Origin: an uncultured Planctomycetaceae bacterium
GTDB lineage: Bacteria; Planctomycetota; Planctomycetia; Planctomycetales; Planctomycetaceae
NCBI GenBank assembly: GCA_963815195.1
Contig: CAWFGE010000013.1
Span: forward strand, 64,001-128,000
Direction: 5' to 3'
DNA: 64,000 bases
Every line of letters starts with the position of its first letter. Position 1 is the first letter of the stretch. Below, one piece after another: positions 42,459 through 52,800 of the stretch. The translations under genes were made by a program, and so were the position numbers. The notes beneath the pieces are model-generated. The model did not search any database, had not been told where the DNA came from, and saw nothing but the letters and a program-made list of their open reading frames with translations.

Positions 42459-43214
42459 ATGTCGCAAAGCACTTTATCACAACAGCTTCCGGCTTCCGAC
42501 CCGGAAAAGCCCCCCGAGCGTCCGCCTGCGGAACGGCCGCCGATTCCGGACCAGCGGTCGGCGTTTGATCTGGATTACCACCCGATGCCGGTGCTGGCGC
42601 CGGTGGCGCTGTTTTTGGGGCTGGCTTCGTTTGCGGCTTTAATGGGGCTGTTCGGCATCGTCCTCGCGGCCGTGGGCATTCTGATCAGCCTGATTGCGTT
42701 CCTGCAGATCAAAGCGTCCGAAGGGTATCTCAGCGGCACCAAGCTGGTGGTTTCGGGCGGAGTTCTCTCCACCCTGTTTTTGCTTTCCGGCGGGTATTTG
42801 CTGATTTCCGACTACAAAGCCGAGCTGCCGCCGGGCTACCAGCGGGTCAATTTCCCCGCCGAGATTGCGGAAAAGAAGTTTGTCGAGGTGGGCGGCCTGC
42901 GGGAAATCCATCCGGACGTGAAGCCGTTCGTCGATCAGCCGATTTTCATCAAAGGCTACATCTGGCAGACGCGGGCTGATCGCGGGATGTCCAGTTTCAT
43001 TCTGCTCAAAGATAACGGAAAATGCTGTTTCGGCGGCAACCCGGCGCCGAACGATATGATCGAAATCCGCATGCAGGACGGGAAAACCTTCGATTACGTC
43101 TCCGGGCTGGTCGCGGTGGCGGGCGTCTTGCGGGCGGAACCCAACCCCCCGCTGGGCCAGCCGGTTTATGTCATGGAAGCCCAACACGCGGCCAAAGCCA
43201 AAACGGCCTTTTGA
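42459..43214 (+). CDS. membrane protein with a DUF3299-like C-terminal domain
   Basis: Three TM segments, then IFIKGYI...FILLKDNGKCCFGGNP..NDMIEI. Confidence 0.7.
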   Translation: MSQSTLSQQLPASDPEKPPERPPAERPPIPDQRSAFDLDYHPMPVLAPVALFLGLASFAALMGLFGIVLAAVGILISLIAFLQIKASEGYLSGTKLVVSGGVLSTLFLLSGGYLLISDYKAELPPGYQRVNFPAEIAEKKFVEVGGLREIHPDVKPFVDQPIFIKGYIWQTRADRGMSSFILLKDNGKCCFGGNPAPNDMIEIRMQDGKTFDYVSGLVAVAGVLRAEPNPPLGQPVYVMEAQHAAKAKTAF

Positions 43215-43346
43215 CCGCGCCCCTGGATTTTTTAGAATCGGATTTCGACGACAAAAGGCGAGCGTGGGGCGTAAGCCCCATGATCGGATAGACAACGCAG
43301 TCGACCGGGGGAAACGAAACCCACACGGAAAGGAACCCCAATCTCG

Positions 43347-44144
43347 ATGAAATCTCACCATCTCTCGCTCAGCCGACTCGCCGGCCTCGCGCCGCTGGGT
43401 TTGCTCGCCGCCTGTTTCGTCGGTTGCCAGGGTTCCACGGACACGGGAGAGTATCACGAATACTCCTCGGCCGGGCAAATCCGAACCCTGCCCGAACCCT
43501 GCTCCCGCCCGAGTCGGACTCCGCAGACAAACCGGCCCCGGCGATCGCGGAAAAACCCGCCCGGACCGAAACGGGACCGCGTCAACCGGCTGCGGAGCGA
43601 CACTGTGAGCGGGGTGGGAAGAGTCACCGCCGCCGAAACAGGAGATCAAAACCCTCGCGGCGAAATCCGGCGAGAAGACTGCCGACAAAACCGAAGCCCC
43701 GCCGCGAGAGATCAAGCTCCTCATTCCCGACAAGTCGTTCAAGAAGGTCGGCCCCGAAGACGCCGTGCGCGTGTCCTACGATGATGTCGATCTTTTGAAA
43801 GTCCTCAACATGGATCCCGTGCCCGTGGACGTGGCCGATTATCTGCCCGGCTGGCTCGAACAACTGGACGGGAAGCGGATCCGCATTCGCGGGTTTATGA
43901 TGCCGGCCTTTACGGACACGAATATTCACTTTTTCGTCCTGCGCGGGATAATCAGATCTGCTGCTACGGCCGAAATCCGAAACGCTACGATGTGATCGAC
44001 GTGGCGATGCGGAAAGGCGTGACCACGAACTACATCCAAAACCGCCCGTTCGACGTGGTGGGCACCTTTCGGATCCAACCCGAAGCCAGCAAAGGCCAAC
44101 TGATTCAGCTTTATGTGATCGAAGACGCCGTCGTCATTCAGTGA
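43347..44144 (+). CDS. lipoprotein with a DUF3299-like domain (several frameshifts)
   Basis: Lipobox [21 protein letters not shown]...FVL, then in a shifted frame [20 protein letters not shown]...FDVVGTFRI...[11 protein letters not shown] (44144). Confidence 0.7.
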
Positions 44145-44291
44145 CGATGTCGCGGATGCTTTTGATAAATCAGATTCCGGGTGGCTTGCCCAGACGAACG
44201 CCGCCCTCCCGCGTGCACTCACCGCATGAGCTTGCAGGCCGACAAAACGCCTGCGGGTTCAGCGAGGCCTTCAATTCCAAGGAGTCTTTTC

Positions 44292-45485
44292 ATGCGAACC
44301 GCCCGCTTCACACCGTTCGCTTTGGCGATCGCCGCCGTTTTCACTTGGGCTGCCTCGGCCCGGGCTTGCGAGTTTTGCACCGCCCCGCAGTTGACGCTTT
44401 CCGAGCAGGTCGACCAGGCCGATGCCGTGGTCCTCGCCAAGTGGGTCTTCGCGGTGAAGGCGAAGCCTAAAGACAAAGACGACGACGAGGCCGCCCAGCT
44501 CGCCAAGACGACCTACAAGATCGTAGAAGTCGTGAAGAACGTCGGCGGGAAGGTCAAGAAAGAAACCGAAATCGTGCTGCCGGAATACCGTCCCGGAAAA
44601 CCGGGCGACCTGGCGATGCTCTTGGGCGTGCAGGGCACGACGCTGGAATGGGGTATCCCCATCGAAGTCACCAAGGCGAGTTTCGATTACATCGCCAAAG
44701 CTCCCGGCCCCAAGGAACCCCTCAGCAAACGCCTCGAGTTCTTTCTCGACTATCTCGAGTTCCCGGACGATCTCGTGGCCAACGACGCCTACGGCGAGTT
44801 CGCCAGCGCCCCATTTGCCGAGATCAAAAAGCTCAGCGATAAATATCCCCGCGAACGGCTCCGCAAGTGGATCACCGGCAAAGACACCGCCGTCACCCGG
44901 CTCGGGCTTTACGGGCTGATGCTCGGACTCTGCGGCAACGAGGAAGACGCCAAGCTGATGGCCGACCACATCACCCAGCCCACGCAGGATTTCCGCCTGG
45001 GCATCGACGGGATCATGGCGGGGTATCTGTTGCTCAAAGGCGACGACGGCCTCAAGCTTCTCGAAGAGTCCAAGCTCAAGCCCGGCGTCAAAGCCCCCTT
45101 CAGCGAAACCTACGCCGCGATGCAAGCCGTGCGGTTCGTGTGGAACTACGGCGGGAACATCAAGAAAGACCGGCTGAAGCAGTCGATGCGGATGCTCCTG
45201 GACCGCCCGGAGCTCGCGGACCTGGTCATCGCGGACCTGGCCCGCTGGAAAGACTGGAGCGTCGAAGACCGGCTGATGAAGCTTTACGATCAGGAAGGCT
45301 ACGACATCCCCACCATCAAACGGGCGATCGTGCGGTACATGCTGGTCGCGAGCAAGGACACCGCCAAGGACGACGAGCGAAACCCGCCCAAACACGTCGC
45401 CTCGGCAAAAGAGCACCTGGAAACCCTCCGCGAAAAAGACCCCGTCACGGTCAAGCAAGCCGAGCGCTTCTTCTTCGTGAATTAA
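44292..45485 (+). CDS. secreted hypothetical protein with N-terminal CxxC (paralog 1)
   Basis: AGGAG RBS; signal peptide ARA|CEFC; helical C-terminal region. Confidence 0.85.
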   Translation: MRTARFTPFALAIAAVFTWAASARACEFCTAPQLTLSEQVDQADAVVLAKWVFAVKAKPKDKDDDEAAQLAKTTYKIVEVVKNVGGKVKKETEIVLPEYRPGKPGDLAMLLGVQGTTLEWGIPIEVTKASFDYIAKAPGPKEPLSKRLEFFLDYLEFPDDLVANDAYGEFASAPFAEIKKLSDKYPRERLRKWITGKDTAVTRLGLYGLMLGLCGNEEDAKLMADHITQPTQDFRLGIDGIMAGYLLLKGDDGLKLLEESKLKPGVKAPFSETYAAMQAVRFVWNYGGNIKKDRLKQSMRMLLDRPELADLVIADLARWKDWSVEDRLMKLYDQEGYDIPTIKRAIVRYMLVASKDTAKDDERNPPKHVASAKEHLETLREKDPVTVKQAERFFFVN

Positions 45486-45559
45486 ACGCGAGCGGGGGGC
45501 GTAAGCCCCCTGGTTCCGTTGAAAATAGAACAACCTCGCCATTGCGAGCGATTGACATC

Positions 45560-46738
45560 ATGCGCTCTATCATCGGCTGTCTCTTCCTCTGTCTCGTTAT
45601 CGGGGCATCCCGTCCCGCAAACGCGATGTGCCCGTTCTGTCCGCCGGCGTCGGCGACGCTCAGCGAACAAGCCGCCGAGTCGGACGCCGTCGCCCTTGTC
45701 CGCTTGGTCAAGACCGCCAAAGCCAAGGACAAGGCAGCGACGACAACTCTGGAAGTGGTGTCCATTCTCAAGAATTTCGGCGACCGCTTGGAAGAGAAGG
45801 GCGAAGTGCAGGTTCCCGGAGAAGCCTCCGGGAAAATGGGGGATTTGTTTTTACTGATGGGAACCGCCGAGGGCCGAGACGCCGCGGTTTTCACCTGGGA
45901 CGCCCCGCAACCCATCAGTGAGATCGGGTTTTATTACTTGAAGCAAGCCCCCGGCCCCGAAGCGCCCAAAGAAAAGCGGCTGCGGTATTTTCTCAAGTTT
46001 CTGGAATACCCCGATCCGCTCCTCGCCACCGATGCCTACAGCGAATTCGCCAAGGCGGATTACAGCGACCTGGTGCTCATCAAGGACGCCCTCCCCCGCG
46101 AAAAGATCCGCCAATGGATCAAAAACCCCGACACCTTGGCATCGCGGCTGGGACTCTATGGTTTGATGCTCGGCATCTCGGGCAAGAAATCGGATGCGGA
46201 ACTTCTCGAGGCGAAGATTCTCGATGACGCCGACAAAACTCGATTGGGCATCGATGGCATCATGGGCGGATACCTCTTGCTCACCGGCGATGCGGGGATG
46301 GATCTTCTGGAAAAGACCAAGATCAAAAACCCCAAGGCGCCCATCGCGGATGTGCACGCGGCGATGGCGGCGTTTCGGTTCTTGTGGCAGTACGGGCAAG
46401 GCGTGATTCCCAAAGACCGCCTCCGCTCGGCGATGCGATTGTTGGTGGACCGCCCCGATGTGGCGGACATGGCGATCGCCGACCTCGCCCGCTGGCAGGA
46501 TTGGAGCGTCCAGGACCGCCTGATGGAAATCTACAAAAAAGGCAATCCCGATAACCCCCTGGGCGAAATCACCGTCCGCCGAGCCGTCATCCGCTACATG
46601 ATCGCCGGCACCCTAGACGGCACAGATAACCCCACCCCGCCCCCGCACGTCGCGAACGCCAAAAAGCACCTCGAAGCCTTGCGCAAACTCGACCCGCGCA
46701 CCGTAGAAAATTTTGAGCGGCTGATGCGCCGCGAATGA
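45560..46738 (+). CDS. secreted hypothetical protein with N-terminal CxxC (paralog 2)
   Basis: Signal peptide ANA|MCPFC; shares TLSEQ, RLGLYGLMLG, RLGIDGIM.GYLLL and IADLARW.DWSV.DRLM with paralog 1. Confidence 0.85.
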   Translation: MRSIIGCLFLCLVIGASRPANAMCPFCPPASATLSEQAAESDAVALVRLVKTAKAKDKAATTTLEVVSILKNFGDRLEEKGEVQVPGEASGKMGDLFLLMGTAEGRDAAVFTWDAPQPISEIGFYYLKQAPGPEAPKEKRLRYFLKFLEYPDPLLATDAYSEFAKADYSDLVLIKDALPREKIRQWIKNPDTLASRLGLYGLMLGISGKKSDAELLEAKILDDADKTRLGIDGIMGGYLLLTGDAGMDLLEKTKIKNPKAPIADVHAAMAAFRFLWQYGQGVIPKDRLRSAMRLLVDRPDVADMAIADLARWQDWSVQDRLMEIYKKGNPDNPLGEITVRRAVIRYMIAGTLDGTDNPTPPPHVANAKKHLEALRKLDPRTVENFERLMRRE

Positions 46739-46748
46739 TGGGGGAGGG

Positions 46749-47556
46749 GACCACGAAACACACGAATGACACGAAAAAATTGAAAATGGCGATTGCCATT
46801 AAGTGGCAGGTCAAACTGATATCAAGGGCGTAGCGATGTGGACGAAAAACGATGTGATTCGTGAAACTCGATGGTCTCGCACTTATCAGAAATCTGATGG
46901 AACAAAATACTATTATTTTGAATCTCGCTTCGTGGATGGCTCCGCCACGATCACGCTCAAGGAGCTCGACGCGCGATTGGGGCAAATGGTCCCCCAGCGA
47001 GCAACTCGACTTCGCCAACTCGTTTCGTTGGTGCAAAACGCCCGAACGCGAAGACATATTGCGATTTTTGATTCAAGGTGGCGATCACTCTATTTGGTCC
47101 ACCATTGCTTTGCAGGTCGCCAAAAAACTGCCAACCGAAGAGTCGGTCCCCGTCATTGCCCAATGGGCCAAGTCCTGTCGCGTCGGCCGCGGCGCAAATT
47201 ACTATCAAGCAATCGCACGCACAAACTCGCCTGAAGCGCATTCCATTCTAAAAGACGCCTACGAATGTATTCTAGGAACAGATGGCCTGATGGCCCCAGC
47301 CGATTTCTGCAATTGGATTGCATGCGACTTGATCTCTTGCATCCAGTCCCTGCTTGAACTGGACGAGAATCCGAATGCCTTTCGCGGAATTTATGACAAG
47401 TTAAAACATCACTCGACCGAATCTGCTCAATACCAAGTGCGGCGGCGGTTGGCCAAATACTTTGAAAATGATCTCGCAAAGTAAATCCTCAACTCCGATC
47501 TGTCGCGTTCGGTTGTTGATTTTCCATTTTTCGTGTCTTTCGTGTGTTTCGTGGTC
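46749..47556. repeat. inverted repeat pair (9-nt-periodic CACGAA units) enclosing an orphan gene
   Basis: 46749-46787 gaccacgaaacacacgaatgacacgaaaaaattgaaaat versus the reverse complement of 47519-47556, gaccacgaaacacacgaaagacacgaaaaatggaaaat. Confidence 0.85.
46836..47484 (+). CDS. low-GC hypothetical protein (frameshift near 46980)
   Basis: MWTKNDVIRETRWSRTY...LKELDAR joins WGKWSPSEQLDFANSF...AKYFENDLAK across a G run. Confidence 0.65.
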
Positions 47557-47647
47557 AATCCCTCCGTTTGAGACATTGAGATTTTGGTGATTCGAATTTG
47601 TTTCGGATTTCGGGCTTCGGATTTCGGATTTCTTTGAAAGAGGCATC

Positions 47648-48832
47648 ATGTTTGATCTCGCGGCGGTGCAGTCGGCATTAACGGACTTTGGGTTGGACGG
47701 CTGGCTGCTTTATGATTTTCGCGGCAGCAATGTGCTCGCGCAGCGGGTACTTCAGATGAACCCCGAAGCCGTGGGCTCCCGGCGGTATTTGTATTTCATC
47801 CCGGCCGAGGGAACGCCTCGGAAACTGGTGCATCGCATCGAAGCGGATGCCCTCGATCATTTGCCCGGCGACAAGACCGTGTATCTCAAATGGCAGGAAC
47901 TGGAAGCGGGCATCGAGGCGATGGTTACCGGCCGGGGCAAGGTGGCGATGGAATACTCGCCCCGGAACGCCAATCCTTACATCTCCCGCGTGGATGCGGG
48001 CACGGTGGAACTCGTCCAAAGCTTCGGGGCGGAGGTCCAGCCTTCGGGGGATTTGATTCAACTCTTCGAAGCCACCCTCACCCCGGAGCAGCAAAAGCTC
48101 CACCTGGAAGCGGCGGTGCATACCAACTCCGCCTACGAGCGGGCCTGGCGGTTTATTGCGGACGAGATCGCAAAGACCGGCCAGGTCGAAGAAGCCGCGG
48201 TCCGGCGGGAGATCATGCAGCATTTCGCCGAGCATAAGATGGAGACCTATCACCCGCCGATCGTGGCGGTCGGCCCCAACAGCGGGTTGCCCCATTACGA
48301 GACCGGCACCGGCGAGAACACGGCCATCCGCGAAGGGGATTATGTGCTGATCGACCTGTGGGCGAAGCTGTCGCATCCCGACGGCATCTACAGCGACCTC
48401 ACGCGGGTCGGCTTTGTTGGCCAGACGGTGCCCGAGAAGTACAACGAGATTTTCCAAATCGTCGCCGCCGCCCGCGATGCGGGGATCGATCGCGTAAGGC
48501 GGGCTTTTGCGGATGGGGAAACGATCCAGGGTTGGCAGGTCGATCAGGCGGCCCGCGATGTGATCGAGAAAGCCGGCTTCGGCGAGTTCTTCGTGCATCG
48601 GCTCGGCCACAGCATCGGCCGCGAGACCCACGGCAACGGGGCCAACATGGACAACCTCGAAACCCACGAAGACCGCCAGGTCATGCGGAATACGTGCTTC
48701 TCGATCGAGCCGGGGATTTATCTGCCCGAGTTCGGCGTCCGCAGCGAAGTCGATGTGCTGATCGACAACGAAGGAGCGGTGCACATCACCGGCGGCAACC
48801 TCCAAACCGAAGTCCTGCCGATCTTGCGGTAG
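47648..48832 (+). CDS. M24-family (Xaa-Pro) aminopeptidase
   Basis: PHY, IDLW, YSDLTR, HRLGHSIG, SIEPGIY and GVRSE. Confidence 0.92.
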   Translation: MFDLAAVQSALTDFGLDGWLLYDFRGSNVLAQRVLQMNPEAVGSRRYLYFIPAEGTPRKLVHRIEADALDHLPGDKTVYLKWQELEAGIEAMVTGRGKVAMEYSPRNANPYISRVDAGTVELVQSFGAEVQPSGDLIQLFEATLTPEQQKLHLEAAVHTNSAYERAWRFIADEIAKTGQVEEAAVRREIMQHFAEHKMETYHPPIVAVGPNSGLPHYETGTGENTAIREGDYVLIDLWAKLSHPDGIYSDLTRVGFVGQTVPEKYNEIFQIVAAARDAGIDRVRRAFADGETIQGWQVDQAARDVIEKAGFGEFFVHRLGHSIGRETHGNGANMDNLETHEDRQVMRNTCFSIEPGIYLPEFGVRSEVDVLIDNEGAVHITGGNLQTEVLPILR

Positions 48833-48841
48833 GAAAGATCA

Positions 48842-49015
48842 AAGAGCCGCGCACGCAGTAAGCGGATCATTAACCGCTTACTGCGTGCGCGGCTCCTTTT
48901 TTCTCTTAGAGATTGTCCCATAAGGCTGAAAAATGAGCGGCACGGCGCTAGCCGCCGGTCTGCGTAAGTGTGCGTGCTCTATACTCGACCGGCGGCTAGC
49001 GCCGGGCCGCTCACA
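48842..49015. repeat. family-D palindrome followed by a family-A doublet, between convergent genes
   Basis: gagccgcgcacgcagtaagcgg / ccgcttactgcgtgcgcggctc; tgagcggcacggcgctagccgccggtc / gaccggcggctagcgccgggccgctca. Confidence 0.85.
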
Positions 49016-49040
49016 TCAATCCGACTTACGGGACAGACTC

Positions 49041-49655
49041 TCACCGCTCGCGGCGTTTGCGGACGAAGCGGATGTTGCAGCCCACGGCGACGGTCTCTTT
49101 GAGTTCCGGTTCTTTGCCGGCGAGGGCCGCTTTGACGGCGGGTTCCACGTATTTCTTGGTGACTTTCGCGGCGTTGCTGCTATCGTCCATCGCGCCCATA
49201 TACACGATTTTTCGCTCGGCATTCAGCACGAAGAACTCCGGCGTCCGCGTGGCTCCGTAGGCCTTGGCGATTTCCTGCGAATCGTCGTAGAGGTACGGAA
49301 ACACAAACCCTTTTTCCTTCGCCCGGGCTTGCATCTTGGCCAGGCTGTCGGCGGGGACGTGGTTCACGTTGATCGCCACCACCGCCACCCGGCCGTCGCC
49401 TGCCGCGTGCTTTTTCGCGAAGGCGTTGATGCGGTCTTCATAGTCCTGCGCGTAAGGGCAACTGTTGCAGGTAAACACGACCATGACCACGGGCTGTTTC
49501 TTGAGGTCGGCGAGCGAATGTGTTTTGCCGTCCACGCCGGGAAGATCCTTCCAAGCCGGGGCCTCGTCGCCGACGTTCAACACCGGATTGTATTCGCCCG
49601 CGGAAACCAGAGAGAAATTTCCGACGCACACCAACAGCAAACCCCAACGCCACAT
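49041..49655 (-). CDS. thioredoxin-fold redoxin (AhpC/TSA-like), secreted
   Basis: FTCNSCPY, FPYLYD, ATRTPEFFV, YMGAMDD and VGCNI. Confidence 0.88.
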   Translation of the reverse strand: MWRWGLLLVCVGNFSLVSAGEYNPVLNVGDEAPAWKDLPGVDGKTHSLADLKKQPVVMVVFTCNSCPYAQDYEDRINAFAKKHAAGDGRVAVVAINVNHVPADSLAKMQARAKEKGFVFPYLYDDSQEIAKAYGATRTPEFFVLNAERKIVYMGAMDDSSNAAKVTKKYVEPAVKAALAGKEPELKETVAVGCNIRFVRKRRER

Positions 49656-49802
49656 ATTCTGCTCCAAGAAAACAGATTCATTCTGATGAGAAATCACAAA
49701 ACGGGTCCCCATCAGTTTGACCGAAACGCCGACGAAGCACAAACCAATAAGCACAGATCCAACAATGAAGAAATCGATGCGATCCGTCGCAATTGAGCCA
49801 GA

Positions 49803-52800
49803 TTAAATCTCGGGGACGTGATGCAATCCCAAGGGGCCGTGGAGCAGGGACTGCACTTCGGGCGTGGGGAGTTCTTCGTCGTCAAAGCATTCCACGGTTT
49901 GACTTCGCCGCCAGGCGAGGGGGACGCCATCTCGGTAGAGGACCCGATTGGATGCGGCCCGTGGGACGCGCGGATGCTTTGTCAAAACGCCCACCAGATT
50001 CAAAGGGTCAGAGGCGCTCACCACAAGCATTTCCCCCGCCGGGCCTTGGTCGCGGAGCAGGCGGAGCCCGCGGACGGTTTCGCCCAAGGCGAACTGCTCG
50101 CCGGAGACGCCCGAAATGAATCGGCCGCCGCGGATTTCGCCGCGGGCTTCCAGTCGGCGGTAGATTTGGAGGAGTTCGAACCAACGGGGCGAGCCGGGCT
50201 CGCGGGAAAGCAAATCGCGAAACACCACGCCCCACCGCCGGAGCAGCTGCCAGGCCCATTGCTCGGTGATTTCGTGGGGATCGCTTGATTTGACCGGCTG
50301 CCAGATCGACCACCGGCCCACGCTTTGGGATTGGCGTTGTCTTTGCATCCGTTCTCGGGATGATCTTCGGGAGACAACCTGCGAGCCTTGGATGAGCTGC
50401 CGGAGTCCGGAGAATCCATCCGCCGTCACTCGGCCGCGGGCCACGAGTTCGCCCAAGACATCCGGGAGTTGGGCGGGAAGCATTTCGGTCGCCTGGGCCA
50501 GGTCCCCCGCGAACATTGCCCCGCGTTCCCCCAAGACTTCCAACACATGCGCGGCGGGGCTGGAGAGCGGCTCTTCGCTCGATTCGGGCCTTTGAAAACC
50601 CAACCAACCCGCGTCTTCGCGGAGCAAAATCGCCACGGGAATAACTCGGCTCATCGAGGCCATCGGCCGGCCGCGTTTGCCGGTTTTCACAGGCGGGAAC
50701 AGTCGGCCCCAGGCGACTTCGCCCGTCAGGCACAGTTCATCCAGCCATTCCGGGCGATAGCCTTCCACGCGGAGCGGCAGGATGTCTCGCTCCCACGCCG
50801 CCGCGGGAATATCCGAGCCCTGGAGTTGCCCGATGACTTCAAACAGCCCGCCCGTGCCTGCCCTGCGCGAGCCTGGGGCCAATCCGTGCTGCCGGGCCAG
50901 ATAGCGAATGAAAACCTCCACGCCCACCGGCTGAATCTGCCGCCGGAGTCCCGCGACGGTTTCCCGGTGAATCCGCGCCAGAATCCGCCGATGGCACCAT
51001 TCCACGGGCGCTCGGTTCCACTTCCTCGACTTCTTGATCACTCGGCGTGAAATGCCCGCGAAGCACCGTGCCTTCGCCTTCCAAAGCGTGGAGCGTTGCC
51101 TCGGCTTGAGATTCCGTGATCGCCAACTCCGCCGCCAGCCGCGCAGCCGTCACGGGGCCGCTGACTTCCAAAAAGCCTCGCACCATCGCGAGCCGGGCTT
51201 CCACGGAGGACCATTCCTGCTGCACCGTGGGCGGCACGACGATCGGCGGTTGGGCGGTGATTTCCGGAAACACCGCGACCGCTGCGGGCCAACGCTCCGT
51301 CGAAACCCAGGCCGTCTTGCCGTCCTCACGCAAGAACGCCGTGGCTCGGCCGGTCTCGATCAATTCGGCGAACCAAGATCGAATCTCCGGTTCCTGCGCT
51401 CTGGGCAGGATGATGCGGGACAACAAGACATCGTGCAGTTCCTCGGCATCCCGGATCGCAGGCTGTGCTTCCGCGACCACGGAGCGGATCGCTTCGGGAT
51501 CGAGCTTGCCCAGATCGCGAACGCTCTCCACCGCCAACGACCGCCGGGACTGCACGGCCCGCGCCCGGCGTTCCTGGGCTTCGCCGCCGTCCAAAAACGC
51601 ATACGGGTTCGAGTTCAACAATTCATAACTGAAAGGCGAAGGCTCGCGGGTGTCGCGGGCGATCTGGCGGATTTCCCCGCGGGTGATCTGGGCGAGGACT
51701 TGTTTCAGGCCCTTGAGATCGACGTATTCGTGCAGGCAATCGTGCATGGTCTGCTGGACCAGCGGATGGTCGGGGAGTTCGATGTCGCCGGTGTGCTCTT
51801 CCTGGCAACCGGTGAGCCGGGGGAAAACGGCCGTCAGCAAATCGTCCGCCCGGAACCGCTGAAGGGCGGGCGGGACTTTTTTGCCCTTGTTGCTCCGCAT
51901 GACTAAGAGCGAACGCGTCACGTTCCACCGCCAGCGGATTTGAAACACGGGAGCCGCGAGCACGGCTTGCTCCAAAAGGGCCTGGGCGTTGTCTTCGGTG
52001 AGCATCGAAAACAGGCTTTCGATTGGAAAGCTGTGCTGCGGTCCCAAAGAGAGAATGAAGCCGTCGTCGTCGGCCGTCGCTTGCAATTCGAAATCGTAAG
52101 ATCGGCAGAACCGCTTCCGCATCGCGAAGCCCCAGGCCCGGTTGATCGCCGCCCCGAACGGGGCATGCACGACCAACTGCATCCCGCCGGTCTCATCGAA
52201 GAACCGCTCGTAAACCACGTGCTGCTGCGTGGGTAAAAGGCCAATCGCGGCTTTCTGAGCCAGGGCATACGTCACCGCTTGACCGGCGGCGTGGGCGTCC
52301 GAATCGGTTTGGCTTTCGAGCCAGGACTCGGCTTTCGCGGAGTCATCGAGCCTCGCTTCCAAATCCTCCCGCAGCCGGGCGACTTCTTCGGAGAGTTCCA
52401 AGCTCCGCCCCGGGGCTTCGCCTTGCCAGAAGGGAATCGTGGGCGGCGCACCCTGGGCGTCGGTGACGGTCACATCGCCCCCGCGGATGTGCCGGATTCG
52501 CCACGACGTGTTCCCCAACAGGAACACATCGCCTGCGTTGCTTTCGACGGCGAACTCCTCATCCAACGATCCGACCACGGTCTGTTCCGGCTCCGCGACG
52601 ACGCGGTACGAAGCGATCTCGGGAATCGCCCCGCCATTCGTTGTCGCTGCGATTCTGGCCCCTTTTCTCGCCCGCAGCTTGCCGCCGACGTGATCGTAAT
52701 GCAGATATGTCCGCCCCCGCCCGCTGGTCTGGGAAATGCCTTCGCTGAGATAATTCAGCACCCGGTCGAAATCTTTGCGGGAAAGACTGCGGTAGGAATA

